64,000 nt of DNA. It comes from Lachnospiraceae bacterium. GTDB taxonomy: Bacteria; Bacillota; Clostridia; Lachnospirales; Lachnospiraceae. This document shows positions 56,432-64,000 of the stretch, piece after piece. The position numbers and the translations under genes were made by a program. Location of the stretch: the NCBI GenBank assembly GCA_024693455.1, contig JAILKW010000022.1, positions 12,318 through 76,317 on the forward strand, in the 5' to 3' direction. The notes under the pieces are model-generated. The model worked only from the letters and a program-made list of their open reading frames with translations. It did not search any database and was not told the DNA's origin. The stretch's first letter is position 1. Each line of letters starts with the position of its first letter.

Positions 56432-57329
56432 GGGTCTGTTTGATGTCGGATTTTATCTGGTTTCCAAGGGCTTTTACATCATCAAATTTTTTCTCGGGAC
56501 GTAAAAATTTAAGGAAGCAAACTCTCGCATTTTCTTCATATATGTTTTCCGAATAATCTAAAATATGGCTTTCAACTATAATAGAACCGTTGTCGGAAAC
56601 TGTGGGTTTGGTGCCTACGTCTGTAACCGCATGATAAGTTCTGCCTTTAATTATAACCTTTGAAACATATACTCCGTTGGGAGGAAGCAGTTTTTCGGGC
56701 GGCGGAACGATATTTATGGTGGGAACGCCTATAGTATGTCCGATACGATTACCGTGAACTATCTTTCCGTAAACATAATAATCATAGCCAAGAAGTGAGT
56801 TAGCCTCTTCAATATCACCGGTGGAAATAAGTTCTCTTATCAGTGTGCTGCTGATATCTTTATTTTGTGATTTTAGTTTTTCGACTATCTGAAGTGAAAA
56901 ACCGTTTTTTTCGGATAGTTCGGTAAGGAGTTTGGTATTACCGCTTCCCTTGTATCCGAATTTAAAATCGCTTCCCACAACCATGGCTTTCATGCATAAG
57001 TGTTCGGATAAGAGGTTTATGAAATCTTCGGGAGACATTTTTCTGATCTTATCGCTGAAATTTAAAATACAGATGATATCCATCCCGCTTTTTTCAAGGA
57101 GGAGCTCTCTTTCTTCTTCTGAAATTATAACCTTCTTTTCGGTATGTTCGATGCGGTTTGAAGGTGGAACATCAAAGGTTACCATGCAGCGGACCATTCC
57201 CTCATCCGCAAATGGTTTCATTCGTTCACAAAGGAGTTTATGCCCCTTGTGCACACCGTCAAATTTACCTACAGAAACAACTGTGGGACTATCACTGTAA
57301 AACTTAAAGATATCGTTTATTATTTTCAT
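56412..57329 (-). CDS. ribF: Bifunctional riboflavin kinase / FAD synthetase
   Basis: GKFDGVHKGH, VGSDFKFG, ISSTLIR, G.PTIN, GTKPTV and LRPEKKF. Confidence 0.96.
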   Translation of the reverse strand: MKIINDIFKFYSDSPTVVSVGKFDGVHKGHKLLCERMKPFADEGMVRCMVTFDVPPSNRIEHTEKKVIISEEERELLLEKSGMDIICILNFSDKIRKMSPEDFINLLSEHLCMKAMVVGSDFKFGYKGSGNTKLLTELSEKNGFSLQIVEKLKSQNKDISSTLIRELISTGDIEEANSLLGYDYYVYGKIVHGNRIGHTIGVPTINIVPPPEKLLPPNGVYVSKVIIKGRTYHAVTDVGTKPTVSDNGSIIVESHILDYSENIYEENARVCFLKFLRPEKKFDDVKALGNQIKSDIKQTLAYFSK

Positions 57330-58228
57330 TATAGAAACATCCTGTTGACTTTAAATATACCGTCCTTTTTTGTGTAAATGGCGGCAAAGACATCTTCGAT
57401 CGTATATATTAAAACATCTTCGCCTTCCGAAATATCGCAGCCATTTATTATTTCATCCCCGGTAAGAGGATTTCCGTTAAAAAGAAATCGCATTGCTTCG
57501 TCTTTGACTTTAACCCTTTTTAAATCAGGAAACGCAGAGTCAAGAGGAAGGATGATCCCGGAAAGCCTGTTCTCATTGGCTGCTTTTTCTATTTCATCAA
57601 GAGTATGGGAACTTTCGATGTCATATTTACCCGCACGTGTTCTCCTAAGATCTGACATACAGGCTCCGCATCCAAGGTCATCTCCTATATCGTGGATGAG
57701 GGTTCTTATGTAAGTACCTTTTGAGACCAGAGCCGAAAAAGAAACTTTCGGGACGGAAATATTAATATCTTTGATGTCTTTTATCGTAACGGTTACGGGT
57801 TTTCTTTCGACGATTTTTCCTTCTCGTGCATATTCGTAAAGTTTTTTACCGTTTATCTTTTTGGCGGAATACATGGGAGGAAGCTGATCATATGTACCGA
57901 TCCTTGCTTTTAATGCTTTAAGTATTTCTTTTTCACCGACATTTACATCCCGTTCACAGATTATATTTCCGGAAATATCCTGTGTGTCGGTATCCCGGCC
58001 GAGTAGCATGGTCGCACGGTATTCTTTTTCATCCTGTTCCATTACGGAAATGAGTTTTGTGCCCTTTCCTATACAACAAACAAGCACGCCTGTCGCATCA
58101 GGATCAAGCGTGCCTGTATGACCGATTTTTTTTATTTTAAGTATTCCACGGAGCCTGGCTACTACATCAAAGGATGTATATCCAGCCTCTTTGTCAACTA
58201 TTAAAATACCGGATAAAATTTCGTTCAT
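57329..58228 (-). CDS. truB: tRNA pseudouridine(55) synthase
   Basis: GHTGTLDPDATGVL, PPMYSAKKINGKKLYEYAR and SKGTYIRTL. Confidence 0.97.
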   Translation of the reverse strand: MNEILSGILIVDKEAGYTSFDVVARLRGILKIKKIGHTGTLDPDATGVLVCCIGKGTKLISVMEQDEKEYRATMLLGRDTDTQDISGNIICERDVNVGEKEILKALKARIGTYDQLPPMYSAKKINGKKLYEYAREGKIVERKPVTVTIKDIKDINISVPKVSFSALVSKGTYIRTLIHDIGDDLGCGACMSDLRRTRAGKYDIESSHTLDEIEKAANENRLSGIILPLDSAFPDLKRVKVKDEAMRFLFNGNPLTGDEIINGCDISEGEDVLIYTIEDVFAAIYTKKDGIFKVNRMFL

Positions 58229-58232
58229 TATA

Positions 58233-59195
58233 TTAATCTTTCATTTGGGTGGCAGCTTCGTTGCATAACATTTCAACTAAGCTTTCGGGATCATCTCCCG
58301 TCAGGGAAAAGCCTGCAGCACGAATATGACCGCCTCCGTTATATTTTGACGCAAAAGCAGCACAGTCAAAGGTTTTGACCGATCTGGCACTGCCCTTAAA
58401 AGCTCCGTCGGGAAGAGGATATACGAAAATTGATAATTCAACTCCTCTTGTACTGCGAAGATCATTGGAGATTCCTTCCATATGCTTGGGCAGGGCGTCA
58501 AGTTTGTTCATATCTTCCCGTGATACATAAGAACCTATGATCTTTCCGTCTGCAAATAACCTTGCATGATCCCAGGCCACTGCTGTTATCTTACCTCTGG
58601 TAAGGCTTTTGGCAAAAAAGACCGTATCAGCTATCCATGGATAGTCTATACCCTTATCCATCAGAAAACCGGCAAAGTTCATTGTCGATCTGTGTGTTGA
58701 CTGAAACTGAAAAAGCCCTGTGTCTGTAACTATTCCGGTATAAAGACATTCTGCGATCTCTTTGGTGATCTTGTCGTTGTCAATAAGCTCTCCTATCAGT
58801 TCACAGGTTGAACTGGCCTTTGGAAAAACGTAGTTTATATCGGCAAAATCCTTATTTGAAATATGGTGATCAACGCATAAGGTATGTTTTGCATCTGTAA
58901 AATAATGTCCTGAATCACCGAGCCTGCCGATCTCACCACAATCAAGAGCAATGAAAAGATCATATATCTTTTTCTCGTCCGAGGCAGTTTCTACCTTATC
59001 ACTGCCTGAAAGAAAATGAAATACATCCGGAATACTTTCAAGTATAACCGATACTTCTTTTTCGGGGTAGTATGCAGTTATATAATTATAAACTCCGAGA
59101 CATGAGCCCACACAGTCGCCGTCAGGTCTTACATGTCCTGATATAGCAATGGATCTTGCATCTTTTATAATATCATCAAGTCTGATATCACTCAT
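58233..59195 (-). CDS. nrnA: DHH/DHHA1 oligoribonuclease / pAp phosphatase NrnA
   Basis: HVRPDGDCVGS, VDHH, TDTG.F and GGGHIRAAG. Confidence 0.9.
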   Translation of the reverse strand: MSDIRLDDIIKDARSIAISGHVRPDGDCVGSCLGVYNYITAYYPEKEVSVILESIPDVFHFLSGSDKVETASDEKKIYDLFIALDCGEIGRLGDSGHYFTDAKHTLCVDHHISNKDFADINYVFPKASSTCELIGELIDNDKITKEIAECLYTGIVTDTGLFQFQSTHRSTMNFAGFLMDKGIDYPWIADTVFFAKSLTRGKITAVAWDHARLFADGKIIGSYVSREDMNKLDALPKHMEGISNDLRSTRGVELSIFVYPLPDGAFKGSARSVKTFDCAAFASKYNGGGHIRAAGFSLTGDDPESLVEMLCNEAATQMKD

Positions 59196-59571
59196 TTTCT
59201 TCACCGTTTTCTTCTGAATGCAGGTTTTCGGATACTTCGTTTATTTTGTGGATCATATCTACACCGTATCTGATAGACTGATCCGGAATAAAGGTAAATT
59301 CAGGTGTGTTTCGAAGATTGAGCTTATGGGCTATTTCTCGTCTGATAAATCCGGCCGAACTTTTAAGTCCTGCTATGGTCTCATCAAGATGCTCATCCGA
59401 TCCGAGTACCGAAATATATGCTTTGGCTGTTTTTAGATCGGGGCTCACCTGAACCGAAACAACCGAGCACATGGGATCTACCCTGGGATCTTTAAGTTCT
59501 CTTATTACTTCGCAAAGCACACGGTATACTTCTTCATTTACCCTTGTGTTTTTTATACTGTTTTTTCTCAT
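59188..59571 (-). CDS. rbfA: Ribosome-binding factor A
   Basis: LKDPRV, VSPDLKTAKAYISV and LRNTPEFTF..DQSI.YG. Confidence 0.95.
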   Translation of the reverse strand: MRKNSIKNTRVNEEVYRVLCEVIRELKDPRVDPMCSVVSVQVSPDLKTAKAYISVLGSDEHLDETIAGLKSSAGFIRREIAHKLNLRNTPEFTFIPDQSIRYGVDMIHKINEVSENLHSEENGEENE

Positions 59572-62228
59572 TATCTGGGTACCTCAACCATGATGTATGC
59601 TTCAATAAAGTCATCTACCATAATTTCCGAAAATCCGTCAAATACAAGTCCGCATTCATAACCGGCCTTGACTTCTTTGACATCATCCTTAAATCTCTTA
59701 AGAGAAGCAAGCGCACCTTCGTAAACCTGATTATCGCCTCTGGTGATACGAACCTTACAATCTCTTGCAAAGTAACCGTCATCAATAAATGAACCTGCGA
59801 TATTTCCGACATCCGAAGATTTAAAGATCTGACGAACATAAGCATGACCGATAACCTTTTCTTCGTAGACGGGCTCAAGCATACCCTTCATGGCAGCTTC
59901 AACATCTTCTATGGCATTGTATATAACTTTATAGAGTCTGATATCTACACCTTCGTTATCAGCAGTCTGTTTTGCAATATTATCGGGTCTGACATTGAAT
60001 CCGATAATGATCGCGTTGCTGGCTGCTGCAAGGTTGACATCACTTTCGGTGATCGCACCGACTCCGCCGTGAATTATCTTAACAACAACTTCCTCATTTG
60101 AAAGTTTTTCAAGAGAGCTTCTGACAGCTTCAACCGAGCCCTGGACATCGGCTTTAACAATAATGTCAAGCTCTTTGACATTACCGGCCTGGATCTGACT
60201 GAACAGATCATCAAGAGACATCTTTGATTTGGTCTCTTCGATAAGGGCTTCTTTTCCTACGGATACGAAGGTTTGGGCAAAGTTTTTGGATTCTTTTTCG
60301 TTATCAAATGCCTGGAAGATCTCTCCTGCATTGGGAACTTCTGAAAGACCCAGGATCTCAACAGGGGTTGAGGGCTTGGCTTTTTTAACCCTTCTTCCGT
60401 GCTCATCAAGCATGGCACGAACCTTACCGAATGATGAACCGGCCGCAACAGGATCTCCGACATGAAGAGTTCCTTTTTGTACAAGAACCGTAGCAACAAC
60501 ACCGCGTCCCTTGTCAAGCTCTGCCTCAATGACCATTCCTCTTGCATTACGTTTGGGATTGGCTTTAAGTTCAAGAACTTCGGCGGTAAGAAGTATCATT
60601 TCAAGAAGCTGATCGATACCCTCTCCTGTATGTGCGGAAACAGGAACGAATATGGTACTTCCGCCCCAATCTTCGGGAATAAGTTCATATTCCGAAAGTT
60701 CCTGTTTAACCCTGTCAATGTTTGCACCGGGTTTATCTATCTTATTTATAGCAACAATGATCTCGATACCGGCTGCTTTGGCATGATTGATAGCCTCAAC
60801 CGTCTGAGGCATAACACCGTCATCGGCAGCAACCACAAGGATTGCAATATCGGTGGATGAAGCACCTCTCATACGCATGGCTGTGAAAGCCTCATGTCCG
60901 GGTGTGTCGAGGAAGGTAATCTTTTGTTTTCCTATATTAACTATGTAAGCACCGATCTTCTGAGTGATACCACCGGCCTCTCTGTCAATGACATGAGTGT
61001 TTCTGATAGCATCAAGCAGTGATGTTTTACCATGGTCAACATGTCCCATGACGCAGACAACGGGAGGACGTGATACGAGTGTCTCGGGTGAATCCTCATC
61101 TTCTTTAAGAAGTTCTGCGATAACATCAACCTTTTCTTCAGGTTCACAGACACAGTTGAATTCAAGTGCGATCTCTTCTGCCGTATCATAATCAACATCT
61201 GAGTTTACCGTGATCATTGTTCCTTTAAGGAACAGTTTTTTAACTATGGCAGAAGGCTGTACCTTCATTTTGTCAGCGAGTTCTCTAATTGTAAGGTGCT
61301 CAGGAAGAGTAAGGGTAAGGATCTCATCCTCATTTCTTGTTTCTTTCTTGGGACCACCCTTTGTTTTCTTCTTGCCACCGTTCTTTTCAAGATTAACATA
61401 ACGCTCCTGCTTCTTACTTCCGAGAGCATCATGATCGTTGTTGTTTCCTTTTTTCTTTTTACCGCCGTTTCTGTTGTCGGGTTTGCGATTATCCTGCTTT
61501 GCAGGTTCTGCATTGTTCATAGCGGGAGAATTCTTGCCCGGTTTTTCGTGGTTTTGGTTTTTCTGATTTTTAGGCTGTGAATGAGAATCAAATTGTTTTT
61601 TGCCAAATGATGCATCCTTTTGTGCCTTTTCAGGCTCGGATTTTTTGGGAGCCGGTTTTTTGAAGATGATATCCTCTTCTTCGGCATGTGAAGGACGGGG
61701 TCTTACCGTTCTTTCGCTTTCGGGTCTTGGCTTTATAACAGAATGACCCCCTGCGGGTCTGAAACCACCCTGATTGTTGCTTTGTGAAGGGGCCTTTTTT
61801 TCTTTCCTGTTATCCCTTGACGGACGGTCATCATTTTTCTTCTTTTTATTATCATTACGTGAATTTTTGGAGTACTGCGCATTAAACACAGCTGTAATTG
61901 ATGATTTCTTTTTTGGCGGCTTCTTATCGCCGTCTTTTGCTGCCGGTTTTTTATCGGTCGGTCTGGAAGAAGGCTTTGAGGAAGCTTCATTGTCCTTGTT
62001 TTCTTTTGAAGGGCCTGCCTTTTTAGGTTCATTTGCCGGGGCAGGATTTGAATTTTGATCTTCTGATATTGTTTTCTTGCCGCGTGAAGCCATAAACCTG
62101 CTTACACTCTCTTCATCAAGACCACTGGAGGCTGTCATCTTTACACCGGATTTTGCAAAAAAATCCACAATCTCCTTTGATTCGATTTTTAATTCTTTTG
62201 CTAATTCATGTACTCTTTTTTTTGCCAT
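59571..62228 (-). CDS. infB: Translation initiation factor IF-2
   Basis: [11 protein letters not shown]-terminus, [21 protein letters not shown] and NKID; GGAGG RBS before ATG 62228. Confidence 0.98.
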   Translation of the reverse strand: MAKKRVHELAKELKIESKEIVDFFAKSGVKMTASSGLDEESVSRFMASRGKKTISEDQNSNPAPANEPKKAGPSKENKDNEASSKPSSRPTDKKPAAKDGDKKPPKKKSSITAVFNAQYSKNSRNDNKKKKNDDRPSRDNRKEKKAPSQSNNQGGFRPAGGHSVIKPRPESERTVRPRPSHAEEEDIIFKKPAPKKSEPEKAQKDASFGKKQFDSHSQPKNQKNQNHEKPGKNSPAMNNAEPAKQDNRKPDNRNGGKKKKGNNNDHDALGSKKQERYVNLEKNGGKKKTKGGPKKETRNEDEILTLTLPEHLTIRELADKMKVQPSAIVKKLFLKGTMITVNSDVDYDTAEEIALEFNCVCEPEEKVDVIAELLKEDEDSPETLVSRPPVVCVMGHVDHGKTSLLDAIRNTHVIDREAGGITQKIGAYIVNIGKQKITFLDTPGHEAFTAMRMRGASSTDIAILVVAADDGVMPQTVEAINHAKAAGIEIIVAINKIDKPGANIDRVKQELSEYELIPEDWGGSTIFVPVSAHTGEGIDQLLEMILLTAEVLELKANPKRNARGMVIEAELDKGRGVVATVLVQKGTLHVGDPVAAGSSFGKVRAMLDEHGRRVKKAKPSTPVEILGLSEVPNAGEIFQAFDNEKESKNFAQTFVSVGKEALIEETKSKMSLDDLFSQIQAGNVKELDIIVKADVQGSVEAVRSSLEKLSNEEVVVKIIHGGVGAITESDVNLAAASNAIIIGFNVRPDNIAKQTADNEGVDIRLYKVIYNAIEDVEAAMKGMLEPVYEEKVIGHAYVRQIFKSSDVGNIAGSFIDDGYFARDCKVRITRGDNQVYEGALASLKRFKDDVKEVKAGYECGLVFDGFSEIMVDDFIEAYIMVEVPR

Positions 62229-62248
62229 GTAAAAAACCACCTCCAAAA

Positions 62249-62587
62249 TCACTCACAAGATGCGTTTGCCGCATCTATCTTACCTTCAATGCCTGTTGCA
62301 AGTCCTTCGTCGCAAATGGCAAGGGACTTTCTTATATCTTTGCCGCAATATCTGCCTAAATTTTCGCTGTCTCCGAAAACTATATGCTTTATATCCCGGT
62401 ATGTACACATATCAGAAAAATGCTTTTTTGTATTATCCGAAGCATCACAGGCTATTATAACAAGCCGCGCTCTTCCCTCTTTGATCGCTTTTTCAACGGA
62501 GAATTCTCCGCTTGATACCTTCCCGGCTTTTGCAGCCAAAGATATCATCATATAAGCCGGGGAATTCGGATCTTTAGATTTTGTCAT
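62249..62587 (-). CDS. L7Ae/L30e family RNA-binding protein (YlxQ)
   Basis: [32 protein letters not shown] and LGRYCGK; canonical nusA-ylxR-ylxQ-infB order. Confidence 0.9.
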   Translation of the reverse strand: MTKSKDPNSPAYMMISLAAKAGKVSSGEFSVEKAIKEGRARLVIIACDASDNTKKHFSDMCTYRDIKHIVFGDSENLGRYCGKDIRKSLAICDEGLATGIEGKIDAANASCE

Positions 62588-62861
62588 ATAACTCCTTATA
62601 TACAATTTCATCTGCCGGGATTTTCAAACATCTTTTTAACAGATCTTTTTTTCCGGCTTTATCTATGCATTCTTTGTCTTTGCAAAGATATACACCCCTT
62701 GACATTAGCCTGCCGTCATCGTCAATCTGCGCATGACCACTCGATATTCCGATCCTGATAAGATCTTTTTTCGGAATCCTTTTATTGCAGGCTATACATC
62801 TTCGAATAGGAATCCTTTTAGCTTTCGGATTTTCCTTCTTCGTAATCGTCATCAGCGTCAC
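62574..62861 (-). CDS. ylxR: YlxR (DUF448 / RnpM) family RNA-binding protein; start uncertain
   Basis: PIRRCIAC, KKDLIRI and RGVYLC...CI. Confidence 0.85.
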   Translation of the reverse strand: MTLMTITKKENPKAKRIPIRRCIACNKRIPKKDLIRIGISSGHAQIDDDGRLMSRGVYLCKDKECIDKAGKKDLLKRCLKIPADEIVYKELYDKI

Positions 62862-64000
62862 CTGTTTCCTCAGTCGATTCTAAGTATTCGGAATCTGTGT
62901 CTTCATCATAATCTTCATACTCTTCATCGTAATCCTCATCATAATCATCTTCATAATCATTTTCGTAGTCGAGGAAATCTCCTGCTTCACGAGCCTGTGT
63001 CTCACTCTTTATATCAATCTTGAAACCTGTAAGTCTGGCTGCAAGTCTTGCATTTTGTCCTTCACGTCCGATGGCAAGTGATAACTGATAATCCGGAACA
63101 ACGACTTTAGCGCTCTTCTCATCGGAATCTGCGATTACGGAAATAACTTTTGCGGGACTCAGTGCATTTTCTATCATCTTTGCGGGATTATCGTCCCACT
63201 CTATAATGTCGATCTTCTCGTTTCCGAGTTCGGACACGATGGCGTTAACTCTGGCGCCGTTCATACCAACGCATGCGCCTACGGGATCAACATCTTCATC
63301 TGTTGAATAAACAGCTACCTTTGTTCTGTTTCCGGCTTCGCGTGCAACACTCTTTATTTCAACAATACCGTCTCTTACTTCTGCAACTTCCTGTTCAAAG
63401 AGGCATTTTACAAGATCGGGATGTGTACGGGAAACACGGATACGCGCACCTTTTTGAGTATCACGAACCTCAAGGATATATACCTTGATGCGGTCTGTAG
63501 GTTCATAATGTTCGGATTTGATCTGTTCATTTTCCGTAAGAATAGCGTCTGCCCTTCCAAGGTTTACGGAAATATTTTTTCCGATATATCTTTGAATGGT
63601 TCCTGTAACAACGGTATGCTCTTTATCGACATACTCGTTAAATATAACAGAGCGCTCTTCTTCACGGATTTTCTGAAGGATGACATTTTTTGCCGCATTG
63701 GCTGCTATACGTCCAAAATCCTGTGAACGAAGCTCTATATTCACCTGATCGCCTAAATTAAAACTTCCGCTTATATCCTGAGCATCGGCTAAAGATATCT
63801 CGGTGACGGGATCATTTACTTTTTCAACCACCGTCTTTTCAGCAAGTACATGATATTCGCATGTCTTGGGATCGATAGTAACTTTCATGTTATCGGCATT
63901 TTCAAAATTGTTCTTACATGCGGTAAGAAGTGCATTCTCGATAACCTCAAGCATCGAATCCTTGCTGATGTTCTTTTCTTTCTCAAGCATGGTGAGTGCT
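62818..64000 (-). CDS. nusA: Transcription termination/antitermination factor NusA (5' end just outside the window)
   Basis: FGRIAA..AKNVILQKIRE, SRTHP, AREAG.RTKVAV, DPVGACVG and LSLAIGREGQNARLAARLTG; the frame stays open to the window edge. Confidence 0.97.
   Translation of the reverse strand, partial: ALTMLEKEKNISKDSMLEVIENALLTACKNNFENADNMKVTIDPKTCEYHVLAEKTVVEKVNDPVTEISLADAQDISGSFNLGDQVNIELRSQDFGRIAANAAKNVILQKIREEERSVIFNEYVDKEHTVVTGTIQRYIGKNISVNLGRADAILTENEQIKSEHYEPTDRIKVYILEVRDTQKGARIRVSRTHPDLVKCLFEQEVAEVRDGIVEIKSVAREAGNRTKVAVYSTDEDVDPVGACVGMNGARVNAIVSELGNEKIDIIEWDDNPAKMIENALSPAKVISVIADSDEKSAKVVVPDYQLSLAIGREGQNARLAARLTGFKIDIKSETQAREAGDFLDYENDYEDDYDEDYDEEYEDYDEDTDSEYLESTEETGDADDDYEEGKSES

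Overview
This is a gene-dense, low-GC Firmicutes chromosomal segment. Gene content and order suggest a Lachnospiraceae-like clostridial anaerobe (inference). It is almost entirely housekeeping and mostly on the minus strand. From left to right: a partial membrane HD-GYP signalling gene missed by the ORF track; the TIGR03960/TIGR03936 radical-SAM pair; hisZGDB plus a HisF-like/HisIE fusion; recU, rluA-like, sepIVA-like, coaD, rsmD, pgsA, rimO, rpoZ, gmk, remA, yicC; rqcH; recG, fakA, asp23, rpmB; ytfJ/ytfI-like; PBP, ftsW, U32, zapA; ruvAB; a Gx-transporter/NusG-II pair; miaB; proA, 5-FCL, proB; cls; apbE; rnfCDGEAB; a THF riboswitch with folT; a YprB-like exonuclease; cheR; rpsA, ispH, cmk; pnp, rpsO; and ribF, truB, nrnA, rbfA, infB, ylxQ, ylxR, nusA. 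I see no CRISPR array, rRNA, tRNA, prophage or intact transposase. The most unexplained structure is at 46.1-48.1 kb. There, two palindromic elements share identical 15-bp left and 14-bp right ends but have different hairpin cores, and they bracket the DEDD exonuclease gene. An extra 64-nt rod hairpin also sits in front of the THF aptamer. Other leads are a probably inactive HisF-like domain fused to HisIE, EetA/EetB-like genes near apbE-rnf, non-canonical GGAT flavinylation motifs, a predicted leaderless apbE and a CsrA-type hairpin. All calls come from reading motifs by eye; no searches were run.
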